The position numbers and the translations under genes were made by a program. From contig JACQWO010000003.1 of NCBI GenBank assembly GCA_016209225.1, forward strand, positions 13,298 through 77,297: a stretch of 64,000 nt of DNA, read 5' to 3'. Each line of letters starts with the position of its first letter. Within the stretch, counting starts at the first letter, position 1. The notes under the pieces were generated by a model that saw only the letters and a list, made by a program, of their open reading frames with translations, had not been told where the DNA came from and made no database searches. This DNA comes from Desulfobacterales bacterium (GTDB lineage: Bacteria > Desulfobacterota > UBA8473). Positions 10,467 through 19,633 of this stretch are shown here, piece after piece.

Positions 10467-10489
10467 TTATTTCTCCCCCGTTCAAACCT

Positions 10490-10642
10490 GATGGACTCGT
10501 AAAAAGTCAAAATTGGGATGGCAAAGTAAAAAGCTCCAGATGCAAGGCGCGCAAATCCTGAGGAGTGAAGCGTACTTATAGTTACGCTGCAACGACGAAG
10601 GATGCAGTGCAACGCCGCAGATGGACTTTTCAAGAAGCCATC
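10490..10642 (+). repeat. MITE-like element, copy 1 (153 bp, terminal inverted repeats, 6 bp target-site duplication AAACCT)
   Basis: Identical AAACCT hexamers lie at 10484-10489 and 10643-10648. The terminal inverted repeat is GATGGACTCGTAAAAAGTC, matching the reverse complement of the other end. The two ORFs called inside it are artefacts. Confidence 0.8.
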
Positions 10643-11408
10643 AAACCTTCTTTTCTACAAACGCATAGGCATTATGATTGTGAATGCTCTCAAAGTTTTC
10701 TGCCTCCACACTAAACCAGGTAATATTTGTATCGGCATCGAGCTTAGAGGCTACATTCCTGACCACGTCTTCAACAAACATAGGATTTGAATATGCCTTT
10801 TCTGTAACGAATTTTTCATCGGACCTTTTAAGAAGGGAGTAGACTTCACTGCTCGCTGACTCCTCAACATATTTTATAATGTCTTCAATCCAGAGAAATT
10901 TTTCGAAACGCAGTTTAACTGATGCTTTACCCCTCTGATTATGGGCGCCATCCTGGCTAATTTCTTTAGAGCAGGGGCATAAGGTGGTGATGGGGACGTC
11001 TACCTGAATATATAAATCTCTCTCTTCATTGTGGGATGCACAAAATTTGCAGGTATATTCCATCAGGCCCTTTGCTTTCGAAACAGGAGCCCTTTTCTCT
11101 ATAAAATAGGGAAATTCTATCTCCAGGTGAGCGGATTTGGCATTGAGTTTTTCTTTCATCTCGTCAATTATGGTAAAGAGGGTCTTGATGTTTATTCTTC
11201 CCCTGTACTCATTCAGTATCTCAATAAATCTACTCATGTGGGTCCCCTTGAAATGGTGGGGAAGGTTGACATACATATTTATGTTGGCTATTGTATGTTG
11301 AGTCTTATTCTTCCGATCTAAAACGATGATCGGGTATTTGATATTTTTCACACCGACTTTCTCAATCTCTATATTCCGATGGTCAGCTTGGTTTTGAATA
11401 TCGATCAT
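10641..11408 (-). CDS. folE2: GTP cyclohydrolase I type 2 (FolE2/MptA family)
   Basis: 255 aa ORF with the DUF198/FolE2 signature ...CPCSKEISQDGAHNQR. The ribosome-binding site is GAAGAGGAG. Confidence 0.9.
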   Translation of the reverse strand: MIDIQNQADHRNIEIEKVGVKNIKYPIIVLDRKNKTQHTIANINMYVNLPHHFKGTHMSRFIEILNEYRGRINIKTLFTIIDEMKEKLNAKSAHLEIEFPYFIEKRAPVSKAKGLMEYTCKFCASHNEERDLYIQVDVPITTLCPCSKEISQDGAHNQRGKASVKLRFEKFLWIEDIIKYVEESASSEVYSLLKRSDEKFVTEKAYSNPMFVEDVVRNVASKLDADTNITWFSVEAENFESIHNHNAYAFVEKKV

Positions 11409-11431
11409 CTCCTCTTCCCCGCTCTACTCTT

Positions 11432-11584
11432 GATGGACTCGTAAAAATTCAAAATTGGGATGGCAAAGTAAAAAGCTCCAGATGCAAGGCGCACAAATCC
11501 TGAGGAGTGAAGCGTACTTATAGTTACGCTGCAACGACGAAGGATGCAGTGCAACGCCGCAGATGGACTTTTTAAGAAGCCATC
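11432..11584 (+). repeat. MITE-like element, copy 2 (target-site duplication ACTCTT/ACTCTC)
   Basis: About 96% identical to copy 1. It was inserted between the queD stop and the folE2 ribosome-binding site, and its last two bases plus the first base of the duplication form the queD TGA stop. Confidence 0.8.
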
Positions 11585-11957
11585 ACTCTCCTTCATAATA
11601 AGAGGCACAGGAACCCTCAGATTCCCAGACAGCTACCCTGCTTATTACAACATTACCATCGTTGATCTCTTTTTCTAAGTTCTTGAAGATATAAGCCGCA
11701 ATATTCTCAGAAGATGGGTTTAACTCAGCAAAGTAAGGAAGTTCATTTAGATACGTGTGATCTAATCGGTTTAAAATGATCTGGGTTTTTTCCTTCAAGA
11801 TTCTGAAATCTATTGCCATACCAGTGCCATCCAGTTTTTTTGCCCTTGTATGGACGTCTACTCTAAAGTTATGCCCATGGAGACCTTCACATTTGCCTCC
11901 GTACTCCCTAAGGCTATGGGCAGCAGAAAACCCTGATTTAATCATTACCTCATACAT
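11583..11957 (-). CDS. queD: 6-carboxy-tetrahydropterin / 6-pyruvoyl-tetrahydropterin synthase family
   Basis: 124 aa ORF with a CEGLHGH motif, matching the Cx3HGH zinc site of the PTPS/QueD family. Confidence 0.8.
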   Translation of the reverse strand: MYEVMIKSGFSAAHSLREYGGKCEGLHGHNFRVDVHTRAKKLDGTGMAIDFRILKEKTQIILNRLDHTYLNELPYFAELNPSSENIAAYIFKNLEKEINDGNVVISRVAVWESEGSCASYYEGE

Positions 11958-12717
11958 TGAACACCTCTCCTTGTTTTAAGGTAGTAATACTTCGGTTTTT
12001 TATTTCTGCAAGATCATGTTCCAGTTCAGGAAGGTGCTGAGGTTTCATGTGAAAGACAAGGATGGATGCGTCAGGGCTCTTTAATTTATCCAATTGATCT
12101 TTTAGCATCGAAGGGGTGAGATGTCCACTAATCTCAGCCAGCTCACTTAAACGATTTGGGAAAGATGTTTCTATAAATACTGCCTTTAGGTCAGGTAACT
12201 TATTGGCTTCTTCCCAAATCTTGTCGGTAGTGCCTGTATCGCCGGTATATACAATGGAGCTCTTTTTATCCCTGATTATATAGCCCACAGCATCCACTGC
12301 GTGATTGACAGGAATGGCAATGACAGTTAGCCCGGCAATACAGATAGGCTCCCCTGTTTTTATCGGTTTAAACTGCAAGATAGGCTTTTCTATAGTAGGG
12401 AGGACGGTAAAATCCGGGTATATTTTATCGTTCAACAGGTGGGATTTTATATTATCAATGACTTCGGGAATGCTGATTATTTCTACTGAGGTGTTGTTTT
12501 CCCCTACAATTAAATTATCGGCCAGGAAGAGGATATCCTTTGTGTGATCGAGATGAGAGTGAGTGACCAGGATACTGCGGATATTCATCTGCTCGTCCAG
12601 GGTTAAGGCAGACGTTATTGTCCCGGCATCAAGAAGTAGAGTATCATTAATGAGAAATGTTGTACTATGAAAACCCTTCAGTTCCGCTCCATAACAACCA
12701 AGTACTTTTATTTTCAC
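11950..12717 (-). CDS. MBL-fold hydrolase, resembling class II cyclic-nucleotide phosphodiesterases
   Basis: N-terminal KIKVLGCYG and a HSHLDH metal-binding motif. The gene overlaps the queD start, in the same operon as folE2 and queD. Confidence 0.65.
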   Translation of the reverse strand: MKIKVLGCYGAELKGFHSTTFLINDTLLLDAGTITSALTLDEQMNIRSILVTHSHLDHTKDILFLADNLIVGENNTSVEIISIPEVIDNIKSHLLNDKIYPDFTVLPTIEKPILQFKPIKTGEPICIAGLTVIAIPVNHAVDAVGYIIRDKKSSIVYTGDTGTTDKIWEEANKLPDLKAVFIETSFPNRLSELAEISGHLTPSMLKDQLDKLKSPDASILVFHMKPQHLPELEHDLAEIKNRSITTLKQGEVFNV

Positions 12718-12780
12718 GTGTACTCCTAAATACTGAAAGGTTTCACCACTTTAGTGGGCTTTACTGTCTGCTTCAACTTT

Positions 12781-13488
12781 TTATCCTATTCCATCCTTTA
12801 GGCTTTTGACAAACTGCCCCACCTTTTTAACCATATCGGGACTATTTAAGTTATCTTCGATAATCTTTACAATAGCGCTGCCTACGATTACTGCATCAGC
12901 CCACTTAGCTACTTTACCGGCTTGCCCAGGGGTTGAGATACCAAACCCTACCCCAACCGGAAGGTCTGTAAGTTTCTTAACCTTGGTCACATAGATTAGT
13001 TTTATTCTCTCTTCATTACTGGTAGGGGCTGTTAAGAATATAATATCCAGGCCAGCCTTGTCAACATAAACCTTTAATTCGTCTACTTCCTCAGGGGGAA
13101 GATCGACTATAAGTACACCATCTACGCCAGCTTCTTTGGCATCTCTGGAAAATTTTTCAGCACCATAAGTAAAGAAAGGGTTGTAATAACCGAATAGTAT
13201 GATGGGTATCTCTGTATTCATCCGTATTTCACTGACTAAATATAGAACGTCCTTCAAGGAGACACTGTTTGCCAATGCCCGTTCTGAGGCGCGCTGTATT
13301 GTGGGTCCATCTGCCATGGGATCAGAAAAAGGAACACCCAGTTCGATGATGTCTGCCCCACTCTCCTCCAGTTGAAAAATGAGTTTCTTTGTTAATTCCA
13401 GAGATGGATCTCCTGCAGTAATATACGGAATTAGTGCCTTTCCATTATTTGCGCTTAACCTTTGAAAAACCTTGGTTATCCTAGTCAT
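12781..13488 (-). CDS. trpA: tryptophan synthase alpha chain
   Basis: 235 aa ORF with the TrpA signatures LIPYITAGDP and ELGVPFSDPMADGP. Confidence 0.95.
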   Translation of the reverse strand: MTRITKVFQRLSANNGKALIPYITAGDPSLELTKKLIFQLEESGADIIELGVPFSDPMADGPTIQRASERALANSVSLKDVLYLVSEIRMNTEIPIILFGYYNPFFTYGAEKFSRDAKEAGVDGVLIVDLPPEEVDELKVYVDKAGLDIIFLTAPTSNEERIKLIYVTKVKKLTDLPVGVGFGISTPGQAGKVAKWADAVIVGSAIVKIIEDNLNSPDMVKKVGQFVKSLKDGIG

Positions 13489-13623
13489 AATTATAATTGT
13501 ATAGAAATTTCCTTTCTAAAAATTTGGTTCTTCTCCCGCTTAGCCCTTACAGGGCAACCACAAGGGATTGCCCCTACCCCTTGAATCCTTTATTTCAAAT
13601 TGCAACTTTTTTGGAGATGATCC

Positions 13624-14811
13624 TTATATTTTAACCCCCAGGGCTTCGGCTACTGTATTTATATCTTTATCTCCCCTACCTGACAGATTGACGATTATAA
13701 CCTTCTCTTTGTCGAGTTTTGGGGCTAATCTCATTGTATAGGCGATAGCATGGGCGCTTTCCAGTGCAGGTATGATACCTTCAGTTATGGTCAAGAGCCT
13801 GAACCCATCGAGCGCCTCTTTATCAGTGACGGAAGCATATTTTACTCTGCCGATGTCATGGAAGTAGCTATGTTCAGGACCTACCCCAGGATAATCTAAA
13901 CCAGCAGCAATGGAATGGGTATGCTTGATCTGACCATTTTCATCCTGCAAGAGATAGGTTTTGCTTCCGTGGAGGACCCCAACGCTTCCATCCAGGATAG
14001 AAGCTGCGTGCTTACCCGTATCAATGCCAAGTCCAGCAGCTTCCACGCCGGTCATTCCTACTTCCACATCATCCTTAAATGGATAAAATAAACCCATTGA
14101 ATTACTTCCACCACCGACACAGGCAATTAGATGGTCTGGCAATCGTTTCTCCACCTCTAATATCTGCCTTTTTGTTTCCCTGCCAATTACGCTTTGAAAA
14201 TCTCTAACCATCATAGGGTATGGGTGAGGACCTGCCACAGAACCAATAATATAAAAGGTATTATAAATATTGGTAACCCAATCCCGCATAGCCTCGTTCA
14301 TAGCGTCTTTTAATGTATTAGTCCCGGACGATACGGGCTGAACCTTGGCACCCAATAGCTTCATCCGAAAGACATTTAATGACTGGCGCTTTATGTCCTC
14401 CACGCCCATATATATCTCGCATTCCAGTCCAAACATAGCAGCTACAGTTGCAGTAGCTACCCCATGCTGACCTGCCCCGGTTTCTGCTATAATGCGGGTT
14501 TTGCCCATCTTCTTAGCCAGAATGATCTGACCCAGAGTATTGTTTATCTTATGGGCACCGGTATGACACAGGTCTTCTCTTTTAAGATAGATCTTGGGTC
14601 CTCCCAGTCTTTGGGTCAGTCTTTCGGCTAGATATAGAGGGGTTTCTCGTCCGACATATTCCCTGAGATAGTAGTTAAGCTCCTCTTGAAATTCTCTGTC
14701 ATCTTTGTGTCTGTAATATGATTCCTCTAATTCTAAGAGGGCGGGCATTAGAGTCTCTGCTACATATCTTCCCCCATATATCCCAAAATGCCCCTTTTTA
14801 TCAGGTAACAT
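13624..14811 (-). CDS. trpB: tryptophan synthase beta chain
   Basis: 395 aa ORF carrying the PLP-lysine motif HTGAHKINN and the GGGSN loop. An AGGAAGGA ribosome-binding site precedes it. Confidence 0.95.
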   Translation of the reverse strand: MLPDKKGHFGIYGGRYVAETLMPALLELEESYYRHKDDREFQEELNYYLREYVGRETPLYLAERLTQRLGGPKIYLKREDLCHTGAHKINNTLGQIILAKKMGKTRIIAETGAGQHGVATATVAAMFGLECEIYMGVEDIKRQSLNVFRMKLLGAKVQPVSSGTNTLKDAMNEAMRDWVTNIYNTFYIIGSVAGPHPYPMMVRDFQSVIGRETKRQILEVEKRLPDHLIACVGGGSNSMGLFYPFKDDVEVGMTGVEAAGLGIDTGKHAASILDGSVGVLHGSKTYLLQDENGQIKHTHSIAAGLDYPGVGPEHSYFHDIGRVKYASVTDKEALDGFRLLTITEGIIPALESAHAIAYTMRLAPKLDKEKVIIVNLSGRGDKDINTVAEALGVKI

Positions 14812-14833
14812 ATAATTTTCCTTCCTGTTGCTT

Positions 14834-14857
14834 ACGGTTCACAGTTCACGGTTGAGG
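14834..14857. repeat. tandem heptamer array (ACGGTTCAC AGTTCAC GGTTGAG) upstream of trpB
   Basis: Three TTCACGG-like heptamers lie about 12 nt upstream of the trpB ribosome-binding site. Four other sites carry the same motif family. Confidence 0.5.
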
Positions 14858-14864
14858 AGTTATC

Positions 14865-14990
14865 GAGTAACTATTCAGGCACAAAGAGACAAAGGCACAT
14901 AGGCACAAAGGAGATCAGGGTCGTTTCGTTGTTTTTTCCTTCTTTGTGCCTTTGGTACTCTGTGCCTTTGCGCCTGCCTGAATAGTTACT
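14865..14990. repeat. complex palindromic repeat built from GGCACAAAG-type 9-mers and flanked by an AGTAACTATTCAGG arm
   Basis: The outer arms GAGTAACTATTCAGGC and GCCTGAATAGTTACT are complementary. The inner arms are inverted arrays of GGCACAAAG and CTTTGTGCC, and the region overlaps the trpF stop. Confidence 0.6.
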
Positions 14991-15601
14991 TGCTTTTTAA
15001 CTATTTTTATAAACTCTTCTAACTTAGCACGATCCTTTTTGCCTGGTTTAGATTCAACTCCACTGCTTACATCCACCCCATAGGGTTCTGCTGTCTGGAT
15101 TGCTTTCATAACATTGCCAGGATTAAGCCCTCCTGCAAGGATAACTCTGCCGGCAAATCTTTTTGCCTCAGAAGCGAGTTCCCAATTGAAGGCTTTTCCG
15201 CCCCCCCCATAGATTTCTTCATAATATGTATCGAGTAATACAGCGCTTACCTGATAAAAGGGAATAACCTCAAGGCACTTTCTGTCATTAATACTGAATG
15301 CTTTTATCACTTTTTTGTCGAAATGAGAACAGAAATCCGGTGATTCATTGCCATGGAACTGGAGGATGTCCAGGCAACAGTCTGCACTAATCTCTCTGAC
15401 TCTATCCTCTTTCTCATTAACAAACACCCCTACCGAGGATACGAAAGGGGGAAGCTTACGAATTATTTTCTTAGCCGCATCCTTTCGAATATAACGGGGG
15501 CTGTCTTTACAAAACACAAAACCCAGGGCATCAGCCCCAAGGTTTGCTGCCCAGGTAGCATCCTCTATATTGGTTATTCCGCAGATCTTGATCTTTGTCA
15601 T
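14915..15601 (-). CDS. trpF: phosphoribosylanthranilate isomerase, with an unusual 27 aa Lys-rich C-terminal extension
   Basis: MTKIKICGIT and the GVDVSSGVE motif identify TrpF. The last 81 nt of the gene are encoded by a palindromic repeat region. Confidence 0.9.
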   Translation of the reverse strand: MTKIKICGITNIEDATWAANLGADALGFVFCKDSPRYIRKDAAKKIIRKLPPFVSSVGVFVNEKEDRVREISADCCLDILQFHGNESPDFCSHFDKKVIKAFSINDRKCLEVIPFYQVSAVLLDTYYEEIYGGGGKAFNWELASEAKRFAGRVILAGGLNPGNVMKAIQTAEPYGVDVSSGVESKPGKKDRAKLEEFIKIVKKQVTIQAGAKAQSTKGTKKEKTTKRP

Positions 15602-15637
15602 TTACACCAGGACTAACCCCTCCTGAAAAGTGATCCA

Positions 15638-16342
15638 TCAATGGAAGGTCTTATCATTATTCTTCCCACCATCGATGATTTTATAACGCCTTTTAACCCT
15701 TGACCACTTCCATCTCATATAGTACCGGTATAAGAATCTCCATATACCATGGTAATTCAAGTATATTATACCAAAAACCATCCCCCCCAGGTGAGCAATG
15801 TGGGCAATGCCTCCACCTGTTCCAGCTATGGATGCATAGAGCTCAATTGCCCCAAATATCATAACAAAGTATTTTGCCTTGATGGGAAAGAATAGATAAA
15901 TATAAATAATGCGGTTAGGGAAAAACCAACCATAGGCTAAAAGGATACCATAGATTGCTCCAGACATTCCAATAGTAGGAATAAAGAGGTTAGGGGTTAT
16001 AAGCACAGTACATATTGCGGCACCAATGCCGGTAATAAAAAAGTACCTTAGAAATACCCTGGAACCCCAGTACCTTTCCAATTCACAGCCAAACATCCAA
16101 AGGGCAAAGAGATTAAATAATAAATGAAAAAATCCTCCGTGGAGGAATATATAGGTCCCCAATTGCCAAAGAAAATATTTCTGCCATACCAGAGCAGGAA
16201 CCAATCCAAAGATCAGGTTCATCTGCTGACCAACTATTGCTTGAAGCAAGAAGACCGCCCCTGATATGATTAAAAGCTTCTTAACAGTAGGGGTCATTGA
16301 AGGCCCAAAGGAAAGATATGGCCTTCGAGAGTAGTATTCCAT
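15638..16342 (-). CDS. rhomboid family intramembrane serine protease
   Basis: Multi-pass membrane protein with the active-site GMSGAIYG motif and a downstream AHLGG (His) motif. Confidence 0.85.
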   Translation of the reverse strand: MEYYSRRPYLSFGPSMTPTVKKLLIISGAVFLLQAIVGQQMNLIFGLVPALVWQKYFLWQLGTYIFLHGGFFHLLFNLFALWMFGCELERYWGSRVFLRYFFITGIGAAICTVLITPNLFIPTIGMSGAIYGILLAYGWFFPNRIIYIYLFFPIKAKYFVMIFGAIELYASIAGTGGGIAHIAHLGGMVFGIIYLNYHGIWRFLYRYYMRWKWSRVKRRYKIIDGGKNNDKTFH

Positions 16343-16358
16343 CTTATATTCCTTTTTG

Positions 16359-16429
16359 GGTAACCGTTTACGGTTACCCGTTTACGGTTTGTATTCTAGT
16401 AACTGTTAACTGTAAACCGTAAACGGTTT
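16359..16429. repeat. heptamer/palindromic repeat (GGTAACC GTTTACG GTTACCC GTTTACG ... AACCGTAAACGG)
   Basis: Direct TTTACGG heptamers plus an inverted partner lie in the divergent intergenic region 15 nt upstream of the rhomboid start. The region also contains AGTAACTGTTAAC, resembling the AGTAACTATTCAGG arm at the trpF repeat. Confidence 0.5.
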
Positions 16430-16571
16430 TGAAGGTTGAGGTACAAATATACCTGCTCCTTTTCTCAAGTCAAGGTATTTTTTCAGTACAAATAACTATT
16501 TGACAGTGAATGGATTGGATGCTAATCTTCGTATCAAAGTAAGTTTTTTATTTTTCAGGAGGAAATAGAGC

Positions 16572-17213
16572 ATGACGACAATACTCCTTGTTCGACATGG
16601 AGAGACCGATTGGAACAAACAGCAGGTATTTCGAGGAAGGATTGATGTACCCCTTAACTCTGTGGGGCTTGAACAGGCAAGGGCAACCGGTGAAGCCCTC
16701 AGTAATTACAAGATAGATGCAATTTATTCAAGCCCTTTGAGCAGGGCTATGGAGACAGCCAATGCCATCGGTAGGTCCCGCCCCTGTATCTCGATAAAAG
16801 AGGCAGAGGGTTTTATCGATATTGACTTTGGAAAATGGCAGGGTATGCCACATGACAGGGTAAATGAAGAACATAAGGAGCTTTATAATAAATGGCAAAG
16901 AGAACCTCATAATGTTAAGATGCCTGATGGTGAAAGCCTGGATGAGGTAAAACTCCGATCTATGGGAGCTCTAAATGACATACTTGCCAGACATGAAAAT
17001 GAGATCGTCGCAATCGCCTCACACAGGGTAGTAAATAAGGTGATTCTGTGTGCCGTACTGGGGCTGACCAATCAACATTTCTGGTGTATAAGACAGGATA
17101 CATGCGCAATAAACATATTCGACAACTCAGAGAGAGGATTTATTGTCTCTGTGATAAATGATACCTGCCATATCAAAGCACTGGCTGACAGCGCAAACAG
17201 GGCGGATTTTTAA
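16572..17213 (+). CDS. histidine phosphatase family protein (phosphoglycerate mutase-like)
   Basis: The sequence LLVRHGETDWN carries the RHG catalytic motif. The ribosome-binding site is AGGAGG. Confidence 0.8.
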   Translation: MTTILLVRHGETDWNKQQVFRGRIDVPLNSVGLEQARATGEALSNYKIDAIYSSPLSRAMETANAIGRSRPCISIKEAEGFIDIDFGKWQGMPHDRVNEEHKELYNKWQREPHNVKMPDGESLDEVKLRSMGALNDILARHENEIVAIASHRVVNKVILCAVLGLTNQHFWCIRQDTCAINIFDNSERGFIVSVINDTCHIKALADSANRADF

Positions 17214-17308
17214 GTAAGCGTTCATCTGTTAGCCATCAGGTCTCAGTAAAAAACAAATCCTTTAGCTTTTTTAAAAAGCCATTATATGTTTTGATAGAAG
17301 GTTCTGGT

Positions 17309-18085
17309 ATGTTAGTAGATTCTCACGCCCACCTGGATTTGCCTGAATTCGATGATGACCGAAATGAGGTTATCAAAAGGGCAAAAGATAGCGGAATAGA
17401 CTATATCCTTAATATTGGGATCAATTCGGATTCATGCATCAACACCATAAAACTGGCAGACTCTTACGATTTTATCTACGCATCCATTGGTATACATCCC
17501 CATGATGTAAAAAATATAAACAAAAACACCTATGCGGTTTTAAAGTCACTTGCCAATAACAAAAAAGTACTTGCTTTTGGAGAGATTGGCCTTGATTTTT
17601 ACCGTAATCTCTCTCCAAAGGGTACTCAAATCAAGAGGTTTCGAGAACAGATCAACCTAGCCAATGAATTAAAGCTTCCTGTTATAATCCATAATAGAGA
17701 TGCCCATAAAGAGACCCTGGAGATTTTGAAAGAAGACGGCGCCAAGAATCTGGGAGGGATTATACACTGTTTCTCAGGCGATTACTCTATGGCGAAGAGT
17801 TGTATAGATATGGGGTTTTATATCTCAATTCCTGGTACGATAACTTTCCCTAAGGCTGTAGAACTTCAGGAGATAGTAAAAAAACTACCCCTCTCAAAAA
17901 TAATGATCGAGACCGACTGCCCGTTTCTCACACCCGTTCCCTACCGGGGTAAGAGAAACGAACCCTCTTTTGTAAGATATGTGGCGGAAAAGATAGCTTC
18001 CCTTAAAGATACGTCCTTTGAAAAGGTGGCAGAGATTACGTCCCAAAACTTCAGAAGCCTTTTTGCTTCCTCACTAATCCCCTAA
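17309..18085 (+). CDS. tatD: TatD family metal-dependent DNase
   Basis: The canonical start MLVDSHAHL is at the internal ATG; the ORF-track start at 17291 is a TTG. IGLDFYRNLS and IIHCF (contains a His) are also present. Confidence 0.9.
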   Translation: MLVDSHAHLDLPEFDDDRNEVIKRAKDSGIDYILNIGINSDSCINTIKLADSYDFIYASIGIHPHDVKNINKNTYAVLKSLANNKKVLAFGEIGLDFYRNLSPKGTQIKRFREQINLANELKLPVIIHNRDAHKETLEILKEDGAKNLGGIIHCFSGDYSMAKSCIDMGFYISIPGTITFPKAVELQEIVKKLPLSKIMIETDCPFLTPVPYRGKRNEPSFVRYVAEKIASLKDTSFEKVAEITSQNFRSLFASSLIP

Positions 18086-18120
18086 ACACATTGTTTCGCA
18101 AGTAAGGTTGTTAATCCTCT

Positions 18121-18324
18121 CTATAAAACCGCCACTTTTTTCTTGTATGCCTTCCCCAGGTGATCCACAATGTTGCCGATCAGGTTATCTTGATTCTTAT
18201 CCTTCATGACTTTGCGATAGATGTTTCCATGGCAGAAAGCCGACTGTTCCACTTCTGTAAAATAGTTACCCGGGTTACGGTTCAGAACCAGCTTTCCAGT
18301 TAGTTTATTTCTTTTTTCTTCCAT
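18121..18324 (-). pseudogene. catalase remnant with an N-terminal truncation and an internal deletion
   Basis: 67 aa ORF containing the catalase motif LVLNRNPGNYFTEVEQSAF. This is fused directly to a catalase C-terminal-like segment, NLIGNIVDHLGKA. It encodes under 15% of a catalase. Confidence 0.6.
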
Positions 18325-18452
18325 TGACGGCCTCCTTTCTTTGTTTATAAGGTTACATCTGTATAACGCTGCGTATGAGGAGCATACTTTTACGAAAACT
18401 GCATCAGTTCTCTCCGTCTGCTTCCATATGCTTGGTTATGAAATGATCTGTT

Positions 18453-18911
18453 TTAGTGAGAACCTGCCACTGCTTTTATAAGTTCGTCAATCTTGTGGTC
18501 TAATTTTTCAACTGCCAACCAATAATCGTGCATCTTAGAATTGCTGACATCAGTCATCTTCTCTTTCTCAACGTCGATCTGAATCAGCTTATCACCTTTT
18601 GCTTTGACTATCTTCCATGTCTTTTTAATATCAGATAGAGCAGATGCCTTTTTGTCATTTAATTGCATAGTCTCCAGAGCGGAGATCATCCGGTTTATAG
18701 TATCGATATCGTCTTTATAGTCTTGCAATGCTATTCGCTGGTCATTGCGAGCACGGTCAGCGATATGAAAATAGATGGCAGCTGCCGACTCCCATAGGTT
18801 GGCTTCTATCTTGCCCAGTAGAAGCGTTGCCTTCCCTTCGGCAGCATGCACCACAGATAACGATGTAAAGATTATCAGCGCTATGATAATAGCATTAATG
18901 TATTTTTTCAT
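18453..18911 (-). CDS. exported alpha-helical hypothetical protein with a signal peptide
   Basis: 152 aa ORF. The N-terminus has a hydrophobic signal sequence ending VHA-AEG, and the rest is a predicted helical bundle. I recognise no family. Confidence 0.55.
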   Translation of the reverse strand: MKKYINAIIIALIIFTSLSVVHAAEGKATLLLGKIEANLWESAAAIYFHIADRARNDQRIALQDYKDDIDTINRMISALETMQLNDKKASALSDIKKTWKIVKAKGDKLIQIDVEKEKMTDVSNSKMHDYWLAVEKLDHKIDELIKAVAGSH

Positions 18912-18993
18912 AATAGAATGCTCCTTTGCTTTTGTTGGTTTTTTTATTTGTTAGAGATTTCAACATAGAACTGTTCTATTCAATCATTTGCTT

Positions 18994-19520
18994 TCACCTC
19001 CTATCAAAGCATAATGCACCATGCACAAGCACTTCTATAAATGGATTATCACTCATTTCACCATTCCAGTACCGTGATGCACGCTCCTGCCATTGGTCTT
19101 GAGAACCGTTTAACCAAATTGTATCTGCTCGGGAAAAATTTGACCCCTTTATTATTCTGCATTCATGAACTTCTTTGGGATCGTTTTGAAACCATTCTGC
19201 TTGGGCTCTTTCCGCCAAGCTATATTCATCAAAAACATATAAAGTTTTGATTCTTGGAGGGAGGTGGGGGAAATTTTTCGTCTGACTTCCTCGAATAACC
19301 TTTCTTCTAAATCTTCTATTCTTGACAAAGAATACAGAGTTTGAGCATTTTCGAGATGTGGCTCAGCTGCAATACCTACCGAAATAGATAGCAAAGCCCC
19401 CTTCCCGACCCGAACATTATTCTTAAACATATCCACATTAAATCCTGATGGCGGTACGAGGTGCCAATATACTTGGTCTCTAATTTCTTTTAGCCCCCAA
19501 CAAGTATTTACTGTTGCCAT
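18994..19520 (-). pseudogene. hypothetical gene apparently split by a frameshift (two overlapping ORFs)
   Basis: ORFs 19152-19520 and 18994-19218 overlap by 67 nt in different frames on the same strand. I recognise no family. Confidence 0.3.
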
Positions 19521-19633
19521 TATTTTGTGCCTTTATGCATAACAATTAAATATTACGAACTTAATCAATGATATTTGCCATTAATATGTGTCATAATTTT
19601 TAATGGAAAAACAAGAAGTTAGAAGGTAGTAGT

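Noticed and set aside
10433-10633. A 66 aa minus-strand ORF, and its near-duplicate at 11405-11608 (67 aa), with almost identical protein sequences
   Set aside because: Both lie entirely inside copies of the 153 bp MITE-like repeat. The identity is nucleotide-level repeat identity, not a conserved small-protein gene.
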